Shown in pieces: positions 53,033 through 64,000 of a stretch of DNA of 64,000 nucleotides. The DNA is from a bacterium (GTDB lineage: Bacteria; Actinomycetota; CALGFH01): the NCBI GenBank assembly GCA_046727955.1, contig JBKPDO010000010.1, forward strand, positions 5,823-69,822, in the 5' to 3' direction. Numbering within the stretch: position 1 is the stretch's first letter; each line of letters opens with the position of its first letter. The notes beneath the pieces were generated by a model. That model saw only the letters and a program-made list of their open reading frames with translations. It made no database searches and was not told where the DNA came from. Made by a program: the position numbers and the translations under genes.

Positions 53033-53656
53033 ATGAGCAAGCGCGGCGTGCAGCGCGGCTCGAGCAAGCGGCCGACTGGCTCGGCGAGAAAGGCCGCGAT
53101 GCGGCGCCGGCGGGAGCGGCGCCGGCGCGCGGCGATCATCACTGGGGTGACTCTGGTGGTGGCCGGCGCGGTGGTCGCCGCGGTGCTGCTCAGCCGCGGC
53201 TCCGGCGGGGCCACGGCGGGCTACGGCAAGGTCAAGACCTTCACCGTCTCCAGCCGCGTCCACACCACGGCGCCGGTGAGCTATCCGCAGAACCCGCCGG
53301 TCGGAGGTCCGCACAACCCGGTCTGGCAGAACTGCGGCTACTATGACCAGCCGGTGCGCAACGAGAACGCGGTCCACTCGATGGAGCACGGCACGGTGTG
53401 GATCACCTACCGGCCCGGGCTCCCTGCTCCAGGTCGCCTAGCGCTCGCCGGCCTCGCCCGCGCTCAGACCTACATGCTGGTCAGCCCCTACCCCGGCCTG
53501 CCGGCGCCGGTGGTCGCCTCTGCCTGGGGCGTGCAGGAGTGGTTCCACACCGCCACGGACCCCCAGCTGAACGACTTCATTGCCAAGTACCGCCAGGGGC
53601 CGCAGACGCCCGAGCCAGGCTCGCCGTGCACTGGCGGCACCGGAACGCCGAAGTGA
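53033..53656 (+). CDS. DUF3105 domain protein with an N-terminal basic region and one TM
   Basis: VHSMEHGTVWITYRP DUF3105 signature. RBS GAGGGGGA upstream of the ATG. Confidence 0.75.
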   Translation: MSKRGVQRGSSKRPTGSARKAAMRRRRERRRRAAIITGVTLVVAGAVVAAVLLSRGSGGATAGYGKVKTFTVSSRVHTTAPVSYPQNPPVGGPHNPVWQNCGYYDQPVRNENAVHSMEHGTVWITYRPGLPAPGRLALAGLARAQTYMLVSPYPGLPAPVVASAWGVQEWFHTATDPQLNDFIAKYRQGPQTPEPGSPCTGGTGTPK

Positions 53657-53670
53657 CGCCGAAGTGACGC

Positions 53671-54603
53671 TCATACGCTGAGCTTGGCCAGGTCGGCCTG
53701 CTTGGCGCGGACCGCCGCGGCCGCCTGGCGCAGGTCGGCCAACTCGCCCTCGGCAAGCGGCAGCTCGACGATCTCCTTCACCCCGCCGCGGCCGAGCCGC
53801 ACCGGTACGCCCAGGTAGACGCCGTCGATGCCGTACTGGCCGGTCACCCAGGCGCACACCGGCACGAGCGCGCCCGAGTCGGCCAGTACCGCCTGGACCA
53901 TCGCGGTGGCGGCGCTGGACGGGGCGTAGTAGGCCGAGCCAGTCTTCAGCAGCGCGACGATCTCGCCGCCGCCGTCGCGGGTACGCTGCACGATGCGCTC
54001 GACGGTGCCGGCGTCGGCCAGTTCGAGCAGCGGCTTGCCGTCCACCTTGACCAGGCTCGGCACCGGCACCATGGTGTCGCCGTGCGAGCCGAGTGTCATA
54101 GCCTCGACCTTGCTGGGGCTGGTGCTCAGCTCCTCGGCGACGAAGTGCTTGAAGCGAGCGGTGTCGAGCATGCCCGCCTGGCCGACCACCCGCTCCTTCG
54201 GGAAGCCGGAGACCTGGGCCGCCAGGGCGGTCATCTCGTCGAGCGGGTTGGACACCACGATGAGGACCGCGCCGGGCGAGCCCTCTACCAGCCTGCTGGT
54301 GACTTCACCGACGATCTTGGCATTGGTCTCGAGCAGGTCCATCCGGCTCATGCCGGGCTTTCGGGGCACGCCGGCGGTGATCACGCACACGTCCGAGCCG
54401 GCGGTCTCCTCGTAGCCGTTGCTGCCGACGATGCGGGTCTCGAAGCCCTCGATCGAGCGGGACTGGGCCATGTCGAGCGCCAGCCCCTGCGGCAGGCCCT
54501 CGATGATGTCGGTCATCACCACCTCGTCAGCGAGGCCCTTCTCGGCGATCCGCTGCACCGTGGTGGAGCCGTATTTGCCAGCTCCAACAACCGTGACCTT
54601 CAT
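53671..54603 (-). CDS. mdh: Malate dehydrogenase (LDH-like MDH)
   Basis: MKVTVVGAGKYG..ITAGVPRKPGMSRMDL.. Confidence 0.85.
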   Translation of the reverse strand: MKVTVVGAGKYGSTTVQRIAEKGLADEVVMTDIIEGLPQGLALDMAQSRSIEGFETRIVGSNGYEETAGSDVCVITAGVPRKPGMSRMDLLETNAKIVGEVTSRLVEGSPGAVLIVVSNPLDEMTALAAQVSGFPKERVVGQAGMLDTARFKHFVAEELSTSPSKVEAMTLGSHGDTMVPVPSLVKVDGKPLLELADAGTVERIVQRTRDGGGEIVALLKTGSAYYAPSSAATAMVQAVLADSGALVPVCAWVTGQYGIDGVYLGVPVRLGRGGVKEIVELPLAEGELADLRQAAAAVRAKQADLAKLSV

Positions 54604-54605
54604 GC

Positions 54606-55694
54606 CTAGACCCCCTGCTCGATCCCGGTGATGACCGCGTCGGCGACCTGGCTGGTGCCGACCGCGGTGGGGTCGTCGCGGTGCGGCTTCATGTCGTAGG
54701 TGACGCTGCGGCCCTCGGCGATGACCGCGGCGATGGCGCGCTCGAGCCGGTCGGCGGCGTCGCCCTCACCCAGGTGCCTGAGCATCAGCACGCCGGAGAA
54801 CATCATCGCCATCGGGTTGACCTTGTTCTGCCCCCTGTACTTGGGGGCCGAGCCGTGGGTGGCCTCGAACACCGCCGCCTGGTCGCCGAGGTTGGCGCCG
54901 GGCGCCACGCCGAGGCCCCCGACCAGCCCGGCGCCCAGGTCGGAGAGGATGTCGCCGTAGAGGTTCGGCAGCAGCAGCACGTCGAAGTTCTCCGGCTTCT
55001 GCACCAGCTGCATGCACATGTTGTCGACCAGGTACTCGTCGTACTCGATGTCGGGGTACTGTTTGGCGACCTCGCGGCTCACCGCGTAGAAGAGCCCGTC
55101 GGTGTGCTTCATGATGTTCGCCTTGGTCACCGCCGTGACCCTCTTGCGCCCGTACGCGCGGGCGTACTCGAAGGCGAACCTGGCGATGCGCCGCGTGCCG
55201 GTGATGGAGATCGGCTTGATCGAGATGCCGGAGTCCTCGCGGATGCGCTTGTCCTGCAGGCCGTTGAGGAACTCGATGACCTGCCTGGCCTGGGCGGTGC
55301 CCTCCTCGAACTCGATGCCCGCGTACAGGTCCTCGTGATTCTCGCGCACGATCACCAGGTCGACGTTCTCGTGGCGCGAGCGGACGCCCTTGTACCACTT
55401 GCACGGCCGCAGGCATGCGTACAGGTCGAGCTCCTTGCGCAGTGCGACGTTGACGCTGCGGAAGCCGGTGCCGATCGGCGTGGTCAGGGGGCCCTTGATC
55501 GCCACCCGGTTGGCGCGGATGGACTCGAGCACCGGCTGGGGCAGCGGCGTCCCGTACTGCTCGATGACCTCGGCGCCAGCCTCCTGGACGTCCCAGTCGA
55601 ACTGGACACCGGTCGCCTCGAGCACGCGTCGCGTCGCCTCGGACAGCTCGGGACCTACACCGTCACCAGGGATGAAGGTGACTCGGTGGACCAT
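54606..55694 (-). CDS. icd: Isocitrate dehydrogenase (isocitrate/isopropylmalate dehydrogenase family, short homodimeric type)
   Basis: [31 protein letters not shown] and [10 protein letters not shown] motifs. The TCA context supports IDH over LeuB. Confidence 0.75.
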   Translation of the reverse strand: MVHRVTFIPGDGVGPELSEATRRVLEATGVQFDWDVQEAGAEVIEQYGTPLPQPVLESIRANRVAIKGPLTTPIGTGFRSVNVALRKELDLYACLRPCKWYKGVRSRHENVDLVIVRENHEDLYAGIEFEEGTAQARQVIEFLNGLQDKRIREDSGISIKPISITGTRRIARFAFEYARAYGRKRVTAVTKANIMKHTDGLFYAVSREVAKQYPDIEYDEYLVDNMCMQLVQKPENFDVLLLPNLYGDILSDLGAGLVGGLGVAPGANLGDQAAVFEATHGSAPKYRGQNKVNPMAMMFSGVLMLRHLGEGDAADRLERAIAAVIAEGRSVTYDMKPHRDDPTAVGTSQVADAVITGIEQGV

Positions 55695-55864
55695 CTCGGA
55701 AGCTCCTCTCGTAGCTCCTCAGCTCTTGAGCGAGCCAAGAGTACCGCCGGCGCGAGCCGCGCAGGTCCCTGGACGGGTCAGCCGAGGTAGTCGGAGGATG
55801 TACTGGTCGGGCGGGTTCCCTACGATGTTGCGAGAGGCGCCCTCGAGAGACCGGAGGAACCGAG

Positions 55865-56992
55865 ATGGCGGATGGCAAGGGAAAAGGACTCGAGGGCGTG
55901 GTCGCGGCTCAGACCAGCATCTCCGACATCGACGGCCAGCAGGGTAAGCTTTTCTACGCTGGCTATGACATCGCGGACCTGGCCGAGCACTCCACCTTCG
56001 AGGAGACCGTCTACCTGCTCCACCACCTCGAGCTGCCGACCCGGGAGCAGCTCGACGGGGTGAAGGAGGTGCTGCGGGCGGGCCAGCGCCTCGACCCGAT
56101 GCTGGTCCGGCTCATCTCGGCGCTCGGCGACAACACCAGTCCCATGACGGTGCTGCGCACGGTGATCTCGGCGTCCGCCGCCCTGGACGCAGAGCTGGAC
56201 GACGATTCGTCCGAGGCGAACCTCCGCAAGTCGTACCGGCTGGTTGCGCTGACGCCGCAGGTCGTGGCCGCCCTCCACCGGCTGCGCACTGGCGGCCAGG
56301 CGGTCGAGCCGCGCGACGACCTGTCACTGGCCGGCAACTTCCTCTACTCGCTCACCGGCAAGGAGCCGGACGTCCAGATCGCTCGCGACTTCGACGTCTG
56401 CCTGGTGCTGTACGCCGACCACACCATGAACGCCTCGACCTTTGCCGGGCGGGTCGCGGCGGCTACCCTGGCGGACATCTACGCATCCGTCACCGCCGCC
56501 ATCGCCACGCTCCAGGGCCCTCTGCACGGCGGCGCCATCGAGCAGGTCCGCCACATGCTCGACGAGATCGGCACGCCCGACCGGGCCGCCGACTACGTGC
56601 GCGACCGGCTCGCCCGCAAGCAGAAGGTGATGGGCTTCGGCCATCGCGTCTACAAGACGTGGGACCCGCGGGCGACGATCCTGCGCGCGATGTCCCAGCG
56701 CCTCGGCCAGCAGCTCGGCGACACCCACTGGTTCGAGATCTCCGATCGCATCCAGGAGACCGTGCGGGCCGAGAAGGGCCTGTACCCGAACGTGGACTTC
56801 TACACCGCCAGCGTGTACTCGGCGCTCGGCATCCCGCCCGACCTGTACACCACCCTGTTCGCCACGGCGCGCATGGCCGGCTGGACCGCCCACATCCGCG
56901 AGCAGTACGCCGACAACCGCCTGATCCGGCCCGACTCCGAGTACATAGGCCCGCCGCCGCGCCATTGGATCGACATCGACCAACGCGGGTAA
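55865..56992 (+). CDS. Citrate synthase (small type; could be 2-methylcitrate synthase)
   Basis: GFGHRVYKTWDPRA signature; 375 aa. Confidence 0.85.
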   Translation: MADGKGKGLEGVVAAQTSISDIDGQQGKLFYAGYDIADLAEHSTFEETVYLLHHLELPTREQLDGVKEVLRAGQRLDPMLVRLISALGDNTSPMTVLRTVISASAALDAELDDDSSEANLRKSYRLVALTPQVVAALHRLRTGGQAVEPRDDLSLAGNFLYSLTGKEPDVQIARDFDVCLVLYADHTMNASTFAGRVAAATLADIYASVTAAIATLQGPLHGGAIEQVRHMLDEIGTPDRAADYVRDRLARKQKVMGFGHRVYKTWDPRATILRAMSQRLGQQLGDTHWFEISDRIQETVRAEKGLYPNVDFYTASVYSALGIPPDLYTTLFATARMAGWTAHIREQYADNRLIRPDSEYIGPPPRHWIDIDQRG

Positions 56993-57295
56993 GCCTGGCA
57001 CAGGCCGCTCTTCGTTTGACCGCCCACCCCGACCATGGCACAGGCACTCTTTCGTTTGACCGCCCGCCCCGACCATGGCACAGGCCGCTCTTCGTTTGAC
57101 CGCCCACCCGCCCCGACCATGGCACAGGCGCTCTTGGGGGGCCGTGGGGGGAGCGAGCTCCCCCACATGGATAGATCTGCCCGGCGCGCGAAGCGCGCGC
57201 CGTGGGGGGAGCGAGCTCCCCCCACATGGGTAGACCTGCCCGGTGCGCGAAGCGCGCGCCGTGGGGGGAGCGAGCTCCCCCATATGGGTAGATCC
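56993..57295. repeat. Composite dispersed repeat, tandemly amplified. It has about 3.5 copies of the 44-bp module A (ccgaccatggcacaggc.ctcttcgtttgaccgccc.cc) and then 3 copies of the ~58-bp module B. Module B is a G5AGCGAGCTC5 hairpin plus a GGCGCGCGAAGCGCGCGCC hairpin.
   Basis: Read directly. Lies between convergent genes (citrate synthase and metF-like). Confidence 0.8.
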
Positions 57296-58204
57296 TCACC
57301 TTGGCATTGGCCGGGGCAATAGATGCGCCGCCTCGATGAGTTGCGGTACGCCGCTGTCTGGGCCGAGGCCCATCAGGTGCACGCCGCGCACGCCCGCCAG
57401 CCCGCGCACCTGTTCGATTGCCTCGGCGGCCAGGCTGACGCCCTCGGCACGCTGGTCGGAGGCGGCGCGCAGCCGGCGCAGGGTGTCGGCGGGCACGGCC
57501 CAGCCGGGCAGGGCCGCGAACCGCTCGAGCTGCGCGGCGGAGCGCGGCGGCAGCATCCCGGCGAGGATCGCGACCTTCTCCGTCAGCCCGCGCTCGCCCA
57601 TCCGCTCGAGCCAGGTCGCGAACCCGGCGACGTCGTAGACCGGCTGCGTCTGCACAAAACGCGCGCCGGCGGCCACCTTGGCCTCCAGGCGCGCCCCGCC
57701 GGAGGGGTCGGCGCCGGGCGCCTCGGCCACGCCGATCAGGAATGGCGCGGGCGGCGCGACGGGCACGCCGCCGGGCCCGACGCCCCGCGCGAGGTCGCCC
57801 GTCATGCGCGCCAGTCCCACCGCGTCCAGGTCGAAGACCGCCTTGGCGTTGGTGAACGGGCCGACCTCGAGCGGGTCGCCAGACAGGCACAGCACCGCGC
57901 GGATGCCAAGGGCGTGAGCGCCGAGCAGGTCGGCGGCGAGGGCCAAGCGGTTGCGGTCGCGGCAGGTGAGCTGGAGCACCGGCTCGAGGCCCTCGCCGGC
58001 GGCGAGCACGGCGGCGGCCAGCGGGGACATGTCGACCCGAGCGGTGGCGTTGTCGGTCACGTTGACGGCGTCGACCATGCCCCGGAGCTGCCGGGCCATG
58101 CGCCGAACCATCTCAGGGTCCGGCGAGCGGGGTGGCACCAGCTCGCCAGTAACCACGAAGCGCTCTTGCTCGAGGAGCGCGCCGAACCTCCCGAAATCGG
58201 TCAA
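57296..58204 (-). CDS. metF: Methylenetetrahydrofolate reductase (MetF/MTHFR family)
   Basis: MTHFR TIM-barrel family; 302 aa. The start overlaps the folD stop. Confidence 0.75.
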   Translation of the reverse strand: MTDFGRFGALLEQERFVVTGELVPPRSPDPEMVRRMARQLRGMVDAVNVTDNATARVDMSPLAAAVLAAGEGLEPVLQLTCRDRNRLALAADLLGAHALGIRAVLCLSGDPLEVGPFTNAKAVFDLDAVGLARMTGDLARGVGPGGVPVAPPAPFLIGVAEAPGADPSGGARLEAKVAAGARFVQTQPVYDVAGFATWLERMGERGLTEKVAILAGMLPPRSAAQLERFAALPGWAVPADTLRRLRAASDQRAEGVSLAAEAIEQVRGLAGVRGVHLMGLGPDSGVPQLIEAAHLLPRPMPR

Positions 58205-59097
58205 GCGTCGCTCCCTCCTCCGGGCGCGGCCGCATTCGCGCGGCGCGCCAGCTCGGTGGCGGCGGTGACCGTATTGGCCAGCAGCATCGCCACCGTCATC
58301 GGGCCGACGCCGCCCGGCACAGGAGTATAGGCGCCGGCGACCTCTGCGACCTCGGCGACGACGTCACCGACCAGCCGCCCCTCGATCCGGTGGTTGCCGG
58401 CGTCGACCACGGCGGCGCCCGCCTTGACCATGTCAGGGGTGATCATCCCGGCCACGCCGGCGGCGGCCACCAGCACGTCCGCCTCGCGGGTGAACCGGGC
58501 GAGGTCGCGGGTGCCAGTGTGGCACAGCGTTACGGTGGCGTTGGCGCCGGGCGCCTTGGCCGACAGCAGCACCGCCAGCGGGCGGCCGACCAGCAGACCA
58601 CGCCCGACGATCACCGCGTGGGAGCCCTCGACCTGGACCTTCTCGCGGCGCAGTAGCTCGACGATGCCGATCGCGGTGGAGGGCGCCAGCCAGGGGTCGC
58701 CGCGCAGCAGGCGGCCCTCGTTCCACGGGTGGAGGCCGTCGACGTCCTTGGCCGGGTCGATCGCCTCCTGGACCTGGACCGGGTTCAGGCCCGCCGGCAG
58801 GGGGAGCTGCACGATGATGCCATGGATCGCCGAGTCGGCGTTCAGCGTCGCGACCTCGTCGAGGACCTGCTGCTGGGAGGCGTCGGCCGGCAGGGCGGCC
58901 CTGCGGGACTCGATCCCCCAGCGGCTCGCGGCGCGCTGCTTGGCGCCGACGTAGATGTGCGACGCCTCGTCGTCGCCGACCAGCACCGCCGCCAGCCCCG
59001 GCCGCCGCCCCGCCGCCGCCAGCCGCTCGACCTCACCGGCCAGCTCGGCCTGGAGCTGTGCCGCCACCGCCTTCCCGTCGAGGATCCTCGCTGTCAT
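58201..59097 (-). CDS. folD: Bifunctional methylenetetrahydrofolate dehydrogenase/cyclohydrolase
   Basis: ILDGKAVAAQ..YVGAKQRA..VGRGLLVGRPLAVLL..VPGGVGPMTVAMLL motifs. Internal ATG by frame arithmetic. Confidence 0.85.
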   Translation of the reverse strand: MTARILDGKAVAAQLQAELAGEVERLAAAGRRPGLAAVLVGDDEASHIYVGAKQRAASRWGIESRRAALPADASQQQVLDEVATLNADSAIHGIIVQLPLPAGLNPVQVQEAIDPAKDVDGLHPWNEGRLLRGDPWLAPSTAIGIVELLRREKVQVEGSHAVIVGRGLLVGRPLAVLLSAKAPGANATVTLCHTGTRDLARFTREADVLVAAAGVAGMITPDMVKAGAAVVDAGNHRIEGRLVGDVVAEVAEVAGAYTPVPGGVGPMTVAMLLANTVTAATELARRANAAAPGGGSDA

Positions 59098-59420
59098 CCA
59101 TCCTCCTCCGCGATCACCTGGGTGCCGCGCTCCATCTCCATCCTGGCAGCATGATTCCAGCCTTGCCCCGGCCGGCGCCGGACGAGCTGGCGGCCGCCTC
59201 CGCAAGACGCTCCCCGGACGCGGTGGCCAAGCTGGTCGGGGCCTTCGCCGAGCTGTGCAGGGCCGCCTCAGACGAGCGCGGGATCAGCGGCGTGGCCGGG
59301 TGACCTGCCTGGACGCGTGCACACACAGCGCCAGGGCGGCTAGGAACAAGATGGCGTCGATCGGGTCGTCCATGGGTTAGCGGTCCGATCTAGGTGAGGA
59401 CAGATGGTGGCCGGGTCTTG

Positions 59421-59460
59421 GGGGCCGGCCGTTGGGGGAGCGAGCTCCCCCACGTGGATC
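59421..59460. repeat. Single copy of the G5AGCGAGCTC5 hairpin module, between purH and folD
   Basis: gttgggggagcgagctcccccacgtggatc. Confidence 0.6.
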
Positions 59461-59489
59461 GAGGACTGTGGGTGCGCATCTGGCGTCGT

Positions 59490-61061
<1,572 letters not shown>

Positions 61062-61076
61062 GTGTCAGTCCTCACT

Positions 61077-61769
61077 TCAGTCCTCACTCGGTCGGGGGTC
61101 GCCCAGCTGCCCGTCGAAGCTGGCCCGGCGGCCGTCGATCCGCACCCTGCCCTCCGCGACCAGCCGGACGGCCACCGGCAGCAGACGATGCTCCTCCTGC
61201 TTGATGCGCTCGTGCAGGCTGGCTTCGTCGTCACCCTGCTGGACCGGTACCACCGCCTGGAACAGCACCGGACCGTGGTCGACCTCCTCGTCGACCAGGT
61301 GGATGGTGCAGCCGGTGACGCGCACGCCGTAGGCGAGGGCCTCGCGCACCGCGTGGGCGCCCCGGAAGGCCGGCAGGAGGCTCGGGTGGGTGTTGACGAT
61401 GCGGTTGGGGAAAGCCCGGACGAACTCGGGGCCGAGGATGCGCATGAACCCGGCCAGGCAGACGGCGTCCGGTCGGGCGCCGGCGACCAGGTCGCGCAGG
61501 GCCCGGTCGAAGGAGGGCCGGTCTGGCTGGTCCTCGGGGCGCACCACGGCGGTGTCGATGCCGGCGCGCCGGGCGCGCTCCAGCCCAAAGGCGTCCAGGC
61601 GGTCGCTGACCACCAGGACCACTCGTGTGCCACGCTCGGGGTCCGCGGCGGCGTCGATCAGCGCCTGCAGATTCGAGCCCTGACCGGATACGAGGACCAC
61701 CACACGCCTTGAATCTGCCACGACTCTCCCGAGTGCTCCGTTCGCTGCTGGTCCGAGGGATGCTGCCAT
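61077..61769 (-). CDS. purN: Phosphoribosylglycinamide formyltransferase. Start uncertain: ATG at 61769, or a downstream GTG before VVVLVSGQGSNLQ.
   Basis: VLVSGQGSNLQAL..NTHPSLLP..HLVDEEVDHGPV motifs. Confidence 0.8.
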   Translation of the reverse strand: MAASLGPAANGALGRVVADSRRVVVLVSGQGSNLQALIDAAADPERGTRVVLVVSDRLDAFGLERARRAGIDTAVVRPEDQPDRPSFDRALRDLVAGARPDAVCLAGFMRILGPEFVRAFPNRIVNTHPSLLPAFRGAHAVREALAYGVRVTGCTIHLVDEEVDHGPVLFQAVVPVQQGDDEASLHERIKQEEHRLLPVAVRLVAEGRVRIDGRRASFDGQLGDPRPSED

Positions 61770-62005
61770 CGCCTCCAAGTGTGCGGCAACTAGGCGGATA
61801 ACCGCCGGCCAGCCGGACGCGGCCAGGCGCACCGTCGCCTGAGCTGTAAACTCAGCCCGTTCGCGGGTAGAGTCGCTGGACTGCGGCGACCTGCGGGACG
61901 AACCAGGACCGCGTGGCCGGAGAGGGGACTGTGGACAGGGGAGGCATCGCCGGCCGGCTGGCCAGCGCCGCCCGCCGGCCGCACTCGCTGCCAGAGCAGC
62001 TCGGC

Positions 62006-62371
62006 ATGGCCGGCCTGGGCGCGGCGGCGGCGGCGTTCGTCTACCCGGCCGCCAGCCGCGCCACCGGCCTGGGACTGCCGTGCCCGCTGCGCACGCTCAC
62101 CGGGATCCCATGCCCCACGTGCGGTATGACCACCGCAGCCACCAGCCTCGCCAGTGGCGACGTGCGGGCGGCGATGGCCGCCAATCCCTTCGTGTTCCTG
62201 CTCGCGGGTGGGACACTGGTCATGACCGCGCTGCTGGCTGCACGAGCACTCGGCTGGGCGCCACCGCCGGCGCCATGGTCGGAGAGCGCGCGCCGCCGGG
62301 TCCGGTGGGCGGTCGCCCTGTTGGTGGCCGCCAGCTGGGCGTTCCAGCTGCACCGCTTCGGATGGGTCTGA
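62006..62371 (+). CDS. DUF2752 domain protein (ORF-track start 61913)
   Basis: CPLRTLTGIPCPTCGMT motif plus TM helices. Confidence 0.6.
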   Translation: MAGLGAAAAAFVYPAASRATGLGLPCPLRTLTGIPCPTCGMTTAATSLASGDVRAAMAANPFVFLLAGGTLVMTALLAARALGWAPPPAPWSESARRRVRWAVALLVAASWAFQLHRFGWV

Positions 62372-62406
62372 GGGCTCGACCTCGCTCTGCTGGACTTGGA
62401 GGAACG

Positions 62407-63012
62407 ATGACTGAGGGCACCACGCCGCGGGAACCGGGCGAGGAAGGGCGTCAGCAGCCAGGTCCACCCCCGCCGCCCCCACCTCCACCGGGCTGGGGCC
62501 AGCCATCCCTGGGCCCACCGCCACCCCCACCGGGCTGGGGCCAGCCATCCCTGGGCCCACCGCCACCCCCACCGGGCTGGGGCCAGCCACCCCCGGGCCC
62601 ACCGCCACCCCCACCGGGCTGGGGTCCGCCGCCGCGGGGGCCCGGCGGCCCGGGTCCGGGTCCGGGCTGGGGCCCGCAGCAGCCGGGCACCATGGGCCTG
62701 CCCGAGAACACCGCCTCCGGCCTGGCGTACCTGGCCACCTTCGTGACAGGGGCGATCTTCTTCTTGCTGGACCGGCGGCCCGAGGTCCGCTTCCACGCCA
62801 TGCAGTCGATCCTGTTCGGGGCCGCCTGGCTGGTGGTCTGGATGCTCCGGCGGGCGATCGACATCTTCCCGTTCGACCTCGTGCTGTACCTGGCCTGGCT
62901 CGCCGGGCTGATCACCTGGGTGGTGCTGCTCATCCAGGGGTTCACCGGTAACCACCTCAAGTTGCCGTTCATCGGCGATCTCGCCGAGCAGCGGGCTCGC
63001 GACACGTCCTGA
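62407..63012 (+). CDS. DUF4870 (Tic20-like) membrane protein with a proline-rich N-terminal repeat region
   Basis: (PPPPPPGWGQPSLG)n, then ...FHAMQSILFGAAWLV... TM core. Confidence 0.65.
   Translation: MTEGTTPREPGEEGRQQPGPPPPPPPPPGWGQPSLGPPPPPPGWGQPSLGPPPPPPGWGQPPPGPPPPPPGWGPPPRGPGGPGPGPGWGPQQPGTMGLPENTASGLAYLATFVTGAIFFLLDRRPEVRFHAMQSILFGAAWLVVWMLRRAIDIFPFDLVLYLAWLAGLITWVVLLIQGFTGNHLKLPFIGDLAEQRARDTS
62485..62625 (+). repeat. 42-bp tandem repeat x ~3.3 (coding PPPPPPGWGQPSLG)
   Basis: Read directly from 62461-62640. Confidence 0.7.
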
Positions 63013-63032
63013 CCAGACGAGAAGGAGCAGTG

Positions 63033-63653
63033 ATGACCCAAGGCTACGGTCCTCCGGATCCCAACCAGCCTGGCCAGGGGCCACCCTCCTACCCACCACC
63101 CCCGCCTACCTACGGCCAGCCGCCTCCGGGCACGTACAGCCAGCCGCCCTCTGGCGAGTACGGCCAGCCGCCCCCGGCCGCGTACGGGCAGTCCGGCTAC
63201 GGCGGCGACCGGCCCGGCTATTACATGGGCCATCTGCTCGCCAACTGGCTCCAGCGGGTGGGCGCCTTCCTGATCGACGTGCTCATCGTCGCCATCCTGG
63301 TGGCCATCGCGATCGCTATCTCGGCGCCGTCGAACAACTCGGTCTCGGGTGGCGCGGCTCTGGTCGCGCTCCTGCTCTATCTGGTGGCCGCCGGTGTCTT
63401 CATCTACAACCGCTGGATCATGCAGGGCCGCACCGGGCAGTCCTGGGGCAAGCGGGCGCTCGGCCTGAAGCTCTTGCGCATGGACAACGGCCAGCCGGTC
63501 GGGGGTGGCATGGCCTTCGTCCGTGACCTAGCCCACACCCTCGATGGCCTTCCCTGCATTCTCCTCCCGATCGGCTACCTCTGGCCGCTCTGGGACAACC
63601 GCCGCCAGACCTTCGCCGACAAGGTGTGCAACACCGTGGTCATCGCGGACTGA
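63033..63653 (+). CDS. RDD family membrane protein with a Pro/Gln/Tyr-rich N-terminal region
   Basis: Pro-rich N-terminus (YGQPPPG.. repeats), then TM helices, then the R..D..D pattern (RWIMQGRTGQSWGKRALGLKLLRMDNG). Confidence 0.7.
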   Translation: MTQGYGPPDPNQPGQGPPSYPPPPPTYGQPPPGTYSQPPSGEYGQPPPAAYGQSGYGGDRPGYYMGHLLANWLQRVGAFLIDVLIVAILVAIAIAISAPSNNSVSGGAALVALLLYLVAAGVFIYNRWIMQGRTGQSWGKRALGLKLLRMDNGQPVGGGMAFVRDLAHTLDGLPCILLPIGYLWPLWDNRRQTFADKVCNTVVIAD

Positions 63654-63803
63654 GCGCCCAAACGCTCCGCGTTTGGGCGCAGAAGAGTTGTGGAGCGGGC
63701 TCTTCGAGCCCACCCCGGCCACCCCCAAATTGAATGCCTGATAAGGAGGCGAAGCCTCACCGCATTTGGGGGGGTTCGCGGGGGGGCGCCGGCGCCCCCC
63801 GCG

Positions 63804-64000
63804 TCATCCCCGCGTCGCCGCCACGGCCAGCTCGGCCGTCTCGGTGGGGTTGCGACCGACCCGCACCCCGGCCGCTTCCAGCGCCTCGGCCTTGGCCTGG
63901 GCAGTCCCGCTCGAACCGGAGATGATCGCGCCGGCGTGGCCCATGCGCTTGCCGGGCGGCGCCTCGAACCCCGCGATGTAGGCGACCACCGGCTTGCTCA
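63804..64000 (-). CDS. sucD: Succinate--CoA ligase alpha subunit, C-terminal fragment (the gene continues past the window end)
   Basis: [29 protein letters not shown] matches the SucD C-terminus. The 63804-63989 ORF is the in-window part. Confidence 0.7.
   Translation of the reverse strand, partial: SKPVVAYIAGFEAPPGKRMGHAGAIISGSSGTAQAKAEALEAAGVRVGRNPTETAELAVAATRG

Noticed and set aside
56324-57890. Minus-strand ORFs through the repeat array translating recurring peptides (KSACAMVGAGGQTK, GELAPPTARASR)
   Set aside because: The recurrence is caused by the tandem DNA repeats themselves. There is no start or RBS context and no coherent protein, so they are non-coding.
59110-59390. Small plus-strand ORFs (59058-59303, 81 aa) divergent from folD
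   Set aside because: No RBS or motif support. The composition is consistent with a non-coding GC-rich frame. Left unannotated.

Overview
This is a high-GC (roughly 70%) chromosomal window. Its gene content points to an actinobacterium (GerMN/Gmad2, DUF3105, DUF3618 with holin-X, RDD, DUF4870, AccE epsilon, Lsr2-like, AccD5/AccA3-like). I found no rRNA, tRNA, CRISPR array, transposase or integrase. The ORF track uses alternative start codons translated as M, and several long ORFs are artefactual N-terminal extensions or antisense reads typical of high-GC DNA. I trimmed those to internal starts using frame arithmetic and visible RBS motifs.

Gene content, in order:
- An orphan sensor histidine kinase with a PATK-repeat tail.
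- A glycoconjugate-biosynthesis island at 1.9-11.1 kb: two polyprenyl-phosphate-sugar synthase (GT2) plus polytopic GT-C-like pairs, a SAM methyltransferase and a flippase-like protein.
- An Lsr2-like small protein and a DUF72 protein.
- A leucine-catabolism-like cluster: isovaleryl-CoA-dehydrogenase-like ACAD, enoyl-CoA hydratase, methylcrotonyl-CoA-carboxylase-like alpha and beta subunits, and HMG-CoA lyase. The last three are coupled by ATGA overlaps.
- A second acyl-CoA carboxylase set (AccD5-like, putative epsilon, AccA-like) with divergent birA.
- A DUF1003 plus MgtE_N-CBS pair, then metH, a CPBP protease, a BNR-repeat protein, a CrtI-like oxidoreductase and an LpdA-like flavoprotein.
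- A stand-alone acyl-CoA mutase large subunit.
- A soluble Ser/Thr kinase next to a membrane pseudokinase, then holin-X and DUF3618.
- A 2H-phosphoesterase-NUDIX fusion, trpS, a second degenerate paralogous histidine kinase, and a 31-aa small ORF with strong SD and terminator.
- A TCA block (acnA, mdh, icd, citrate synthase, sucD partial) and a C1/purine block (metF-like, folD, purH, purN).
- DUF2752, and proline-rich DUF4870 and RDD membrane proteins.

The most unusual non-coding signal is a dispersed family of composite palindromic (REP/MITE-like) repeats built around G5AGC..GCTC5 hairpins. Copies sit at 15.5, 17.6, 24.1, 57.0-57.3 and 59.4 kb, mostly between convergent genes, and several are tandemly amplified. 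No single obviously novel defence or mobile system is evident. The candidates I consider most worth follow-up are listed in the findings.
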